In this document: positions 18,086 through 26,044 of the stretch, piece after piece
Layout: every line of letters begins with the position of its first letter
How positions within the stretch are numbered: the first letter of the stretch is position 1
Source of the DNA: Muribaculaceae bacterium
GTDB lineage: Bacteria; Bacteroidota; Bacteroidia; Bacteroidales; Muribaculaceae
Direction of reading: 5' to 3'
Length of the DNA stretch: 64,000 bases
Assembly: GCA_022508985.1 (NCBI GenBank)
Contig: JAFLUA010000010.1
Span: 7,476-71,475 of the forward strand
Notes under the pieces: generated by a model
What the model saw: only the letters and a program-made list of their open reading frames with translations
Databases searched by the model: none
What the model was told of the DNA's origin: nothing
Made by a program: the position numbers and the translations under genes

Positions 18086-19663
18086 TTACTTAACTATTTC
18101 AGGGGCTTGCCAAAACCATTCGTCATCAGTTGTGATGATGTCTGCATTTGTGTAGTTGCTATTCAAAGGGACCAACGCAACATGTTGACCTTTCGGATGG
18201 TCGGTTTCTCCTTCCGGCTCGGCTTGATTTATGGTATTGATCGACATTATATAGAGGTTCTTAGCCATATAATGATCAAGATGATCTTCTTTGGTCTGTT
18301 TATTGCGATGGTTCCAGTTCGCATCTTCATTCAATACCAAAGGTAAATCATTTTGCAATCTATACCTTACTTCACCTGGATGTAGAAGAAGTCCTTTTTC
18401 ATCGGTAACATAAGCTGCAAATGTGGGGTCAACCCATATCCATTTATTAAGCGAGTTGCTCCATGCAACGCAGATAACATGACAATCATAGTCAGTGTCC
18501 CATTTTTTTGATTCACATGTTATATAACGAGCTGGAATTCCTTCTGCAAGGAGTGCCTCTGTGAGACTGATTGCCAGGGCCCGACAATTGTAACCACAGC
18601 TATCCCGTTTTGACGAATCATATATGTTTCGCATATTTCTTGGTCCTCGAGGAAAATCATTATGGCCGTCGTGCTCGATATTATCGTGTACCCAGTACAT
18701 CAAATTCTTAATTCTGCTTATATCATCGCCATTCCCGGCTATGCTGTCAAGATTAAATCTTTCGCGTGTTAATCTAAGCAACGAATCCGTAGGCTGGGCA
18801 TAAACGAATTTAGGCTTCTGAATACTATCTTTCTGATAACTTGGAGATTCTTTCAGAACTTCCAGTTCGCTCTTGACATCATCGCCTACATTCCATGCGT
18901 AATCGATAGCCTCCTTAAGTATCTTGGCCTTTTCACTATTTATTTGTTCAAGGTAAGGAAGCAATTCCTTAGCATTAAAGTATTGCCACTTACGCATCCA
19001 CTTGGGATTAGTTGCTCGTAAGACCTCACACTGATACTCAGCAAGTTGCTCCAACCCTTTTATTAGTTCATGATTTGCTATAATATCTTCTACGGTAGCT
19101 TTCGGCGTTAAATTTTCATACCACACATTTAAGAAAGCCCCATTATTGGTAAATTCTTCAAGTTTCGGACATTCAGCGGTAGGAACAATATTAAGGTTGA
19201 ACCTGTCAACGACATTTTCAAATATCACACTATCGAGCTGTGGACAATCAAAAGCAAAAGTCGGCCCTCCTGTGCTTGACACAGGTCCACGAAACACTAC
19301 CTTACGAAGATTTGGGCAATGTGAAACCAGTGTGCAATCAAAATGGCCTACTATACCGTTAAATTCGATTTCTTCGATTGTTGCATTATCTCTAAACAAC
19401 CCAGATGGAACATAATCAATGTTCCCAAAAGAAACTTTCTTTAGATTTTTGAACCCATAATCCTCAAATCTTCCAATCATTCCAACATCTGGTATTGTAA
19501 TTTCTTCAGCTTCGCTTGAACACACAAGACTGTCCGGGAACAATATATAGTTGTCTCGAATCGGAGAATCAAAAAAATTCGGCTTTTTGATTACTACATT
19601 TTCGGCAAACGAAATAATTGTGCCAATCGCACAAAGAACTATCGTAAAAAGAAGCTTTTTCAT
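18086..19663 (-). CDS. Secreted protein: BspA-type leucine-rich repeats plus a transglutaminase-like cysteine protease domain
   Basis: Signal peptide, N-terminal LRR_5-like repeats (F..C..L..V.F), and C-terminal Cys-His-Asp arrangement (CGYNCRALA ... DCHVICVAW ... WVDPT). Confidence 0.7.
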   Translation of the reverse strand: MKKLLFTIVLCAIGTIISFAENVVIKKPNFFDSPIRDNYILFPDSLVCSSEAEEITIPDVGMIGRFEDYGFKNLKKVSFGNIDYVPSGLFRDNATIEEIEFNGIVGHFDCTLVSHCPNLRKVVFRGPVSSTGGPTFAFDCPQLDSVIFENVVDRFNLNIVPTAECPKLEEFTNNGAFLNVWYENLTPKATVEDIIANHELIKGLEQLAEYQCEVLRATNPKWMRKWQYFNAKELLPYLEQINSEKAKILKEAIDYAWNVGDDVKSELEVLKESPSYQKDSIQKPKFVYAQPTDSLLRLTRERFNLDSIAGNGDDISRIKNLMYWVHDNIEHDGHNDFPRGPRNMRNIYDSSKRDSCGYNCRALAISLTEALLAEGIPARYITCESKKWDTDYDCHVICVAWSNSLNKWIWVDPTFAAYVTDEKGLLLHPGEVRYRLQNDLPLVLNEDANWNHRNKQTKEDHLDHYMAKNLYIMSINTINQAEPEGETDHPKGQHVALVPLNSNYTNADIITTDDEWFWQAPEIVK

Positions 19664-19817
19664 TTGAGTAATTTGCGGTTATTATCACTATTCTCCAAAA
19701 TATCCATTTGATGAATAGCTATTTATATGAACGAAAAGAAGTTAATTGAAGTAGTCTTCGCCTGGTGATTGTTTGTTTTCCGCGTACATCTGACCGATTA
19801 ACGCCTCCTTATTTCTT

Positions 19818-20207
19818 TTATCCAAACATACTACATATACCTGCAATAATCATTATGAAAATTATAGCAAGAAATACAGTTCCTATCGTACTGCCGATAA
19901 ATGCCCAAAAGCCATTTGAACGAGATATTTCTCTTCCTGTTTTTCCTACTAAAACGTATTGTGTAACCTGCTCATTTTTTATTTGAGCATTTGGATATTG
20001 CTTCTTACATTTAATTGCAAGCGACAATGCATCTACTAAATTATTTCTTTCTTGAGTTGACATGATAGGACTATTTAACTCTGTTTGTACAATTGGTTTT
20101 ATTGTGCAATCTTCATTTATACATTTTGTACAAAGCATAAATATAGGGCATCCTATACATGGCGAATCAGTGGCTTTTGCCGGAGTATATTTTTTTAATT
20201 TTAACAT
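19818..20207 (-). CDS. Hypothetical Cys-rich protein with a C-terminal TM anchor
   Basis: 129-aa ORF with N-terminal CIGCPIFMLCTKCINEDC and a C-terminal hydrophobic helix. No family recognised. Confidence 0.45.
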   Translation of the reverse strand: MLKLKKYTPAKATDSPCIGCPIFMLCTKCINEDCTIKPIVQTELNSPIMSTQERNNLVDALSLAIKCKKQYPNAQIKNEQVTQYVLVGKTGREISRSNGFWAFIGSTIGTVFLAIIFIMIIAGICSMFG

Positions 20208-20343
20208 GGTATTTTGATTAAGTATTTACAGTTGCAAAATTATGTATTTTCTATCAAATAATGTCTTTTACTCCTTACAAATAGCGGTGTAATTTTGTGG
20301 CGTAAACATAATTACGTATGTCTATTATCGTCTGTCATCGTTC

Positions 20344-20535
20344 TTAGGACGCTTGTTTAGCAAGAACGACGCTTTGGACCTCTATAAAATATACCATGCC
20401 CAAAGATGCCGCATACCATTTACTATACTCAATGGCTTTGTCAGCGGTGCCGACTTCGCCCGGTATCTTCAACGATAGTTCGACCCAGTTTACGGTTAAA
20501 GCTATGGCAACAACAAGATTTAATCCGGCATCCAA
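20344..20535 (-). CDS. Small hypothetical protein (63 aa), start overlaps the stop of the nucleotidyltransferase gene by 16 nt
   Basis: ORF only; ATG embedded in ..TGGATGCCGGATTAA. Could be a gene fragment. Confidence 0.3.
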   Translation of the reverse strand: MDAGLNLVVAIALTVNWVELSLKIPGEVGTADKAIEYSKWYAASLGMVYFIEVQSVVLAKQAS

Positions 20536-21146
20536 TAAGCGCCTCCTTCTTTACGATTTTTTAATACCCACTCTCGCAACTCTGCGAGAGTTTCTATTTT
20601 ATCTTCCATTACTGCCTGATAATATTCCACGCCATGAATAATTTCATCCTCCGGCGTTTCATATTTCAACCTCAAAATCGTATCTCTTTGAATATCCGTA
20701 AGATTTCGCTCTATTTTATCGGCCATTAGTTCAAAGAACCCATCATATTGAGTACCACTCTCAATATGAATAATATCTAATTGCCAAGTCCGACCATCAA
20801 AGTCTTCATACTTAATATGCCAAGCAATACAGTGTTCATCTGTATATAGCCCATTTATACATTTTAATTCTTTGGCTCTTTTATCTTTCGCAATCTGAGA
20901 AGCAATTTGAAAACTGAATTCTTCGGTAATACCCGAAGAATAGACATGGAGGTCAATATCAAGGTGCTTTACCAGTAATTTCATGGCCAAAGAGCCTATT
21001 AAATTTACTTTGCACCCATATTTTTCCCACAATTCAACTATTTGTAATTCCTTGAGGATTTCAAAAGCCCTTTTCTGATTTCGTTGTGCTATTACTTCGT
21101 AATCTTTCATCTTTTTAGTGTCAAATAAATCGGTAAAGTTACACAA
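20520..21146 (-). CDS. Pol-beta superfamily nucleotidyltransferase-domain protein
   Basis: G-S-x10-D-x-D motif (IGSLAMKLLVKHLDIDLHV); 208 aa; subfamily not recognised. Confidence 0.65.
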   Translation of the reverse strand: MCNFTDLFDTKKMKDYEVIAQRNQKRAFEILKELQIVELWEKYGCKVNLIGSLAMKLLVKHLDIDLHVYSSGITEEFSFQIASQIAKDKRAKELKCINGLYTDEHCIAWHIKYEDFDGRTWQLDIIHIESGTQYDGFFELMADKIERNLTDIQRDTILRLKYETPEDEIIHGVEYYQAVMEDKIETLAELREWVLKNRKEGGAYWMPD

Positions 21147-21371
21147 ATTCTGTCTTTTTGAGCCTGGTCGAACCTATTTAATTTTGTGGTAAAGAAATTT
21201 TTAGAGTAAAAATTATGGACCACAAACTCACTAAATAGTTCGGCCTATGGCTTAACTCGCCCGACGACGAAAGAGATTATCGTGTCGGTGCGGTTTTACT
21301 TTCGGCGCTGAACATCCGAAAGAAAATAACATCTTCTTCTATTACGATTTCGTCACAACCGGTGCCACGAT

Positions 21372-21475
21372 GATTTCAATAAAAACTTGTTGCTTCCAGC
21401 GAGTGGCTCAAGCTCCGCGATGTGTGCATATTCCGCGCGATCGATTGTCCGGTGTTCTTAATCCTTTGTGATTAA
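21372..21475 (+). repeat. Repeat copy D: ~100-bp 3' stub of the W-X-Y module (frameshifted tail of ORF Y)
   Basis: ..EWLKLRDVCIFRAIDCPVFL.. in one frame. There is a 16-nt identity CGATTGTCCGGTGTTC with copy A (40036-40051) and a 1-nt deletion relative to A. Confidence 0.55.
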
Positions 21476-21486
21476 AAAATAATACT

Positions 21487-21494
21487 TACCTTTG
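21487..21494 (+). promoter_or_regulatory. Bacteroidetes -7 box TACCTTTG, 4 nt upstream of the ATG of the TfoX-like gene
   Basis: Matches TAnnTTTG. Confidence 0.45.
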
Positions 21495-21498
21495 CATT

Positions 21499-21813
21499 AT
21501 GGCTTGTTCACAGGAATATATAGATTTTATATGTGATGTTCTCGCTCCACTTGGAGAAGTCCGTTCTCGCAAGATGATGGGTGATTACGTCATATATGTT
21601 AACGAGAAATGCGTTATCACTGCTTGTGATAATAATGCATTTGTAAAGAAACTTGACTGTATTGCATCATTAATGTCGGACGCTGAAATCGGTTGCCCAT
21701 ACGAGGGAGCGAAAGAAGCATATATACTTGATTTTGCCGACCAACGTAAAGCAAGAGAAGTCATATCTATTCTGTGGGAGGCTTTGCCTTTCCCAAAGAA
21801 AAAGAAGAAATAG
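21499..21813 (+). CDS. TfoX/Sxy N-terminal-domain family protein
   Basis: 104 aa; RKMMGDYVIYVNEKCVITACDNNAFVKK resembles the TfoX_N core (KKMFGG.. LYLK). Confidence 0.6.
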   Translation: MACSQEYIDFICDVLAPLGEVRSRKMMGDYVIYVNEKCVITACDNNAFVKKLDCIASLMSDAEIGCPYEGAKEAYILDFADQRKAREVISILWEALPFPKKKKK

Positions 21814-22114
21814 TTGTCATTTCGTACCCAAGATACGGTCTATATCTTTGCTACCATCGCCTTGGCGCTTTGCCCCGCAAAGAACCTTACATGAGCGAAT
21901 GGGATAGCGAAGTCATCGGCTTGCCGCTTTCGTAGCTAAGCGGAGGAAGAACGCCAACGGCTCTATCCTCGAACTCCGTAACGTCATGTCACTTCGATAC
22001 GACTTTTACGGAGGTTGGCGAAACGTCAAAATCCTTTCGTCGGGCGAGTGTCGCAGAATCCGCGACGTCTGTATTTTCCGTGTTAATTCCCTCGAAGTGT
22101 TCCTTTAATCACAA
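21810..22114 (+). repeat. Repeat copy B: internally deleted W-X-Y module (5' ~75-nt conserved segment joined to a start-less 3' part of ORF Y)
   Basis: 21810-21885 is about 88% identical to 41743-41818. 21915-22108 aligns with 42306-42478 and with 39908-40057. The frame encoding ..RLAAFVAKRRKNANGSILELRNVMSLRYDFYGGWRNVKILSSGECRRIRDVCIFRVNSLEVFL has no start codon. Confidence 0.65.
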
Positions 22115-22142
22115 TCTTTTGGACTATCTCGTAACGAATGAG

Positions 22143-22150
22143 TAACTTTG
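22143..22150 (+). promoter_or_regulatory. Bacteroidetes -7 box TAACTTTG, 4 nt upstream of the ATG of the 22155 gene
   Basis: Matches TAnnTTTG. Confidence 0.45.
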
Positions 22151-22154
22151 CGAT

Positions 22155-22565
22155 ATGAATAAACGACAGCAACTTAAATTTTGCGATTGGACGTTACTAT
22201 TTCTTATGATAGTAACTCTTGCATCAAGTATTCAACTTGAAGTATCTGATAGCAGAAGCACAACATTCATTTGTCTTCACGCTATTATCGCATCTGTTTT
22301 TATTGGTTTTGTCGTTTATCACATTATATTACATTTTGGATCAAATAGATGGTTTTTTAAGTTCAGTAAACTTAAAAGCAGCGTTACACGTTTATTATGG
22401 TGGATAACTACAATTACAATTATTTCGGCTATTGTTGCTTTCATTCATTGGATAACTACATTTACTCATTCTCCCATTGGAGGGGTACACGGTAAAATAG
22501 GCTTCCTCATGATTTTGTTTGCAATAATTCATACCATAAAGAGAGCTGCTTTCTTCAAACGATAA
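22155..22565 (+). CDS. Four-TM membrane protein with conserved histidines (DUF4405-like)
   Basis: 136 aa with 4 predicted TM helices, each carrying His (..YHIILHFG.., ..FIHWITTFTH.., ..IIHTIKR). Confidence 0.5.
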   Translation: MNKRQQLKFCDWTLLFLMIVTLASSIQLEVSDSRSTTFICLHAIIASVFIGFVVYHIILHFGSNRWFFKFSKLKSSVTRLLWWITTITIISAIVAFIHWITTFTHSPIGGVHGKIGFLMILFAIIHTIKRAAFFKR

Positions 22566-22601
22566 AAATGCATAAGAGCCACGCTTTCGCGCAGCTCTTA
22601 T
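22564..22601 (-). terminator. Hairpin ATAAGAGC-N14-GCTCTTAT plus a T-run (minus strand) just after the tRNA-Ser 3' end
   Basis: 8-bp perfect stem at 22572-22579 / 22594-22601, followed on the minus strand by TTTTT. Confidence 0.55.
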
Positions 22602-22603
22602 TG

Positions 22604-22691
22604 CGGAGTGAGGGGGATTCGAACCCCCGATACGCTTTTGGCGTATACACGCTTTCCAGGCGTGCCTCTTCAACCACTCGAGCATCACTCC
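22604..22691 (-). tRNA. tRNA-Ser (anticodon GGA), class II with a long variable arm
   Basis: The reverse complement reads GGAGTGATGCTCGAGTGGTTGAAGAGGCACGCCTGGAAAGCGTGTATACGCCAAAAGCGTATCGGGGGTTCGAATCCCCCTCACTCCG. It has a 7-bp acceptor stem, anticodon loop CTGGAAA, T-loop GGTTCGAATCC, and no encoded CCA. Confidence 0.9.
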
Positions 22692-22892
22692 AGAGGGTGG
22701 TTGGTGGCGTTTTAGGAAATGTCGTTGGCTTATAACCGACGGCTATGCCGTTTCTCAAACGCGATTGCAAAGTTCGTAACAAATAATCAAATATGCAAAT
22801 TTAATTTTTAGTCTGCTTTCCTGTGATAATAAATTTTGCACTTCGATTTTGATTCTACGAGTCTGCTCACTCTCCGAGCCCGTAAAATGAAA

Positions 22893-22923
22893 TTTGCACC
22901 GACTGTGTGTCAGCCGATGCAAA
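22893..22923 (-). terminator. Imperfect hairpin TTTGCACCGACTG-TGTGT-CAGCCGATGCAAA downstream of the MFS gene
   Basis: 13-nt arms with 2 mismatches, T-rich on the minus strand after the stem. Confidence 0.4.
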
Positions 22924-22946
22924 TATTCTTATGTTTTAATATCGTA

Positions 22947-24341
22947 CTATTTCTTGATATTAGGATCTTCGAGGCCGTATTTGTGTTTTGAATTCAGAAT
23001 TTTAAGCCAGATTCCGAAGAATAGAGCAAGCACTCCAAGGCTTGCAAATACAAGCATTGGTACCGTATAATTATATTGCATTGGATCGTTGATACCCGGA
23101 TTTGACCACATCAGCACCTTCCCGATTAGAACGGGGAACAACGCAAGTCCTATATTTTGAACCCAGAATATAAGCGAGTATGCCGATCCGAGGTAGCGTG
23201 CTTCCATAATTTTAGGCACCGACGGCCACAACGACGCCGGTACGAGTGAGAACGAAACGCCCAACACAATAATTGCGCTGAATGCAAGCACTGTAGACGG
23301 ATATACAGGAAGTAATAATGCAAATGTGAGGTGACACACAATCATGAGTATTGCGCCTCCGATGAGCATTGAAGCCCCTTTACCTACTCTGTCGAGGAAA
23401 TAACCGAGGAAAGGTGTAAGGAACGCGGCACCTATTGGGAACCAACGGAAGATATCGGCCGCTTGTTGTTCGCCCATGCCGAGTGTGCATTGCAGCATAT
23501 TTGTTGCATAGCGCTGGAATGGGAATATTGCAGAGTAGTAAAGGACACAAAGGAGAGCTATCACCCAGAATAATTTGCTTGTCAGGATTTTACTTACATC
23601 GCTCAACTTGAATTCTTCATCAGAAGCATCATCTGTCGCAATTTTGGCGGCCTTAAGGTCTTTGTCGAGACGCGTATCCATGAATGTGAATACGATATAT
23701 GAAATCAAGCCGATGAGGAGTAGCGTTGTGCAGAAAGCGACCGGCGTAACAACTGTAGGCTCTCCCATCCATGTCGACAGACGTGGCGAGATTGTAAACA
23801 CGCACCATACGCCAATGCGCGCAAGTGCCATCTCGAGACCCATGGCAAGTGCCATTTCGTGTCCCTCAAACCATTTGGCAAGTGTTTTCGACACTGTAAT
23901 ACCTGCCATTTCGCAGCCACAACCGAATATCATAAAGCCAAGGGCTGCTAATTTTGCGCTACCGGGCATCTCAACCCACCACGACGACAACCATTGTTCA
24001 AAAGCTGAGCCGGCAAAATAGCTACTGATGGCATAGAGCTTGATGCAGGCTCCCGCAAACATCAGCGACGCTGAAAGAGTTCCCGTAAAACGAACACCCA
24101 TCTTATCGAGAATAATGCCGGCGATTATCAAAAAGCCAAACACATTTAGAATATATTCCGCTCCGGCATAATAGCCATAGGCCGATGGTGTCCAATCCAA
24201 TTGTTTCTCAACGAGTGATTGTAGTGGCGACATTACGTCGACAAACATATAGGCGAAGAACATCATCAACGCCACCAGGACAAGAGCTGTCCAACGCGCC
24301 CACGCTTTATCGCGAAGGGTTGCTTTAATCATTTCTGTCAT
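22947..24341 (-). CDS. MFS transporter
   Basis: 464 aa, about 12 TM helices, with a central hydrophilic loop. Confidence 0.85.
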   Translation of the reverse strand: MTEMIKATLRDKAWARWTALVLVALMMFFAYMFVDVMSPLQSLVEKQLDWTPSAYGYYAGAEYILNVFGFLIIAGIILDKMGVRFTGTLSASLMFAGACIKLYAISSYFAGSAFEQWLSSWWVEMPGSAKLAALGFMIFGCGCEMAGITVSKTLAKWFEGHEMALAMGLEMALARIGVWCVFTISPRLSTWMGEPTVVTPVAFCTTLLLIGLISYIVFTFMDTRLDKDLKAAKIATDDASDEEFKLSDVSKILTSKLFWVIALLCVLYYSAIFPFQRYATNMLQCTLGMGEQQAADIFRWFPIGAAFLTPFLGYFLDRVGKGASMLIGGAILMIVCHLTFALLLPVYPSTVLAFSAIIVLGVSFSLVPASLWPSVPKIMEARYLGSAYSLIFWVQNIGLALFPVLIGKVLMWSNPGINDPMQYNYTVPMLVFASLGVLALFFGIWLKILNSKHKYGLEDPNIKK

Positions 24342-24482
24342 TTTGTCAAATTTTATTTCGTTTTAGTGCCACAAAGATAGCAAAAAAACGGCAATGACTA
24401 AAATGATGAGCCATAAAAAGAATATCGGCCGGACAACTATGTTATCCAACCGATAATTCTTTATAAGCCTAAAACGTTATGC

Positions 24483-24659
24483 TTATTTTTTTGCGCACTC
24501 GAGAGAAGCTTTGCGGAAAGCTTTCATAAGTTTTTCGAGTTCGAGAGAAGCCTTGCGAGCACGTGTACCGGCAGCCTTGTTGTTCTTTTCAACTTGGAGA
24601 GTAGCGTCTTTGCAGAAAGCTTCGAAAGTAGCGTTGATTGATTGAACCAATGATTCCAT
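24483..24659 (-). CDS. Histone H1-like small basic DNA-binding protein (58 aa)
   Basis: Below the ORF-track length cutoff. Minus-strand translation gives MESLVQSINATFEAFCKDATLQVEKNNKAAGTRARKASLELEKLMKAFRKASLECAKK, typical of the Bacteroidetes H1/Hc1-like family. Confidence 0.7.
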   Translation of the reverse strand: MESLVQSINATFEAFCKDATLQVEKNNKAAGTRARKASLELEKLMKAFRKASLECAKK

Positions 24660-24702
24660 TTTCTGTTAATTTAAGGTTTGACAATAATGTTAGTTATATA
24701 TG

Positions 24703-25374
24703 TTATTCTTCTTCATATTGAGTTGTGTCTACTATACCGGCATCGGCAAGCGCTTGTCGACGTTCGCGACATGTGCCGCATTTACCGCAATGCTTCTCAA
24801 GGCCCCTATAGCACGAATAGGTGGTCGCATAATCTATTCCGAGGCGTTTACCGCGCACTGCAATATCTGTTTTAGTGAACAAGGTATATGGTGCCTTCAG
24901 GCGTATTCCTTCATATGTACCCTCCTCTATCGCTTTTGCCATTGAGGTGATGAAGCTTTGCCGACAATCGGGATATAGAGCATGGTCGCCGGCATGGTTG
25001 GCTATCATTATCACTTCCAGACCATGGCTCTCGGCCAGACCGGCAGCGGCTGCAAGCATAATTCCATTACGGAACGGAACGACGGTCGACTTCATGTTGT
25101 CGAAATCGTATTCGCCTTCAGGGATAGCGTCTGGCCCTTCAAGAAGCGAGCTATGAAAATGCTTACCGATAAACGACAAATCTATCTCGATAAGCTCTAT
25201 GCCCAGTTTTTCGCAGTGATAACGAGCCCATTGCAGTTCTCGCTCATTGTGGTTTGACCCATACGAAAAATTCACGGCGAAATCAATTTCCGAGGCATAC
25301 TCATACAGCATCGTCACCGAGTCCATGCCGCCCGAAAGCACCATCAATGCGTTCTTTTTGGGTCTATTGCTCAT
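24703..25374 (-). CDS. queC: 7-cyano-7-deazaguanine synthase
   Basis: VLSGGMDS PP-loop and C-terminal Zn cluster CYRGLEKHCGKCGTCRERR. Confidence 0.9.
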   Translation of the reverse strand: MSNRPKKNALMVLSGGMDSVTMLYEYASEIDFAVNFSYGSNHNERELQWARYHCEKLGIELIEIDLSFIGKHFHSSLLEGPDAIPEGEYDFDNMKSTVVPFRNGIMLAAAAGLAESHGLEVIMIANHAGDHALYPDCRQSFITSMAKAIEEGTYEGIRLKAPYTLFTKTDIAVRGKRLGIDYATTYSCYRGLEKHCGKCGTCRERRQALADAGIVDTTQYEEE

Positions 25375-25853
25375 TATCTTATCTTATTTAGCGGAAATGC
25401 AGCCAGCAAGCGCTCGCGCACCATATCCTGGTGCTCGCTGTCTCCGTAATTAGCAAATGGAACTATTGATAAGCCACCTCTTGGCATAAATATCCCGCGT
25501 ACTTCCAGATACTTGGGCTTCATCAGCGCCACAAGGTCTTTCATGATTATATTTACGCAATCTTCATGAAAGTCTCCATGATTGCGAAAACTGAAAAGAT
25601 ATAGCTTCAAACTCTTACTTTCCACCATATCCTCTGCCGGGATATAGTTGATGATTATGTGCCCGAAGTCGGGCTGGCCGGTTTTTGGGCAGAGAGAGGT
25701 GAACTCTGGGCAGTCGAATGTAACGAGATACTCGTTCTCGGGGTGCTTGTTTTTGAATGTTTCAAGCAGTCCGGGAGAATAAGTCTCAGGGTATTTTACA
25801 CCTGCGCTTCCGAGCAAAGTACAATCAACAAGTTCGTCTATCTGTCGGGCCAT
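25374..25853 (-). CDS. queF: NADPH-dependent 7-cyano-7-deazaguanine (preQ0) reductase
   Basis: [17 protein letters not shown] catalytic Cys region and the [12 protein letters not shown] QueF motif. Confidence 0.9.
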   Translation of the reverse strand: MARQIDELVDCTLLGSAGVKYPETYSPGLLETFKNKHPENEYLVTFDCPEFTSLCPKTGQPDFGHIIINYIPAEDMVESKSLKLYLFSFRNHGDFHEDCVNIIMKDLVALMKPKYLEVRGIFMPRGGLSIVPFANYGDSEHQDMVRERLLAAFPLNKIR

Positions 25854-26044
25854 TTATTTATATAAATTTTCAGGCTATATCAAAATTTTAGCATTAGATA
25901 GGCCTACAAGCCTAAAAATGCACGGCAAACATACAAAAAAAAATTCACCATTCCAAAAAAAACGCTAATAGAGACGCGCAAAAAAGTATTTTTCTTGTGT
26001 TTTTGTGGCTTTATCGCTATTTTTGCAACAAAATTCAATGCATT

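Noticed and set aside
21250-21300. Possible inverted partial copy of the Y tail (CTTTCGTCGTCGGGCGAGT on the minus strand versus CTTTCGTCGGGCGAGT in copy B).
   Set aside because: Only about 16-20 nt match, and similarity decays immediately on both sides. This is not enough to call by eye.
21372-22150. A classical integron or CALIN (attC-delimited cassettes).
   Set aside because: There is no IntI-type integrase. The boundary elements are protein-coding remnants 100-750 bp long, not 60-140-bp imperfect palindromes, and I saw no R''/R' (RYYYAAC / GTTRRRY) core pairs at the boundaries. The comparison with integrons is retained as an analogy only.
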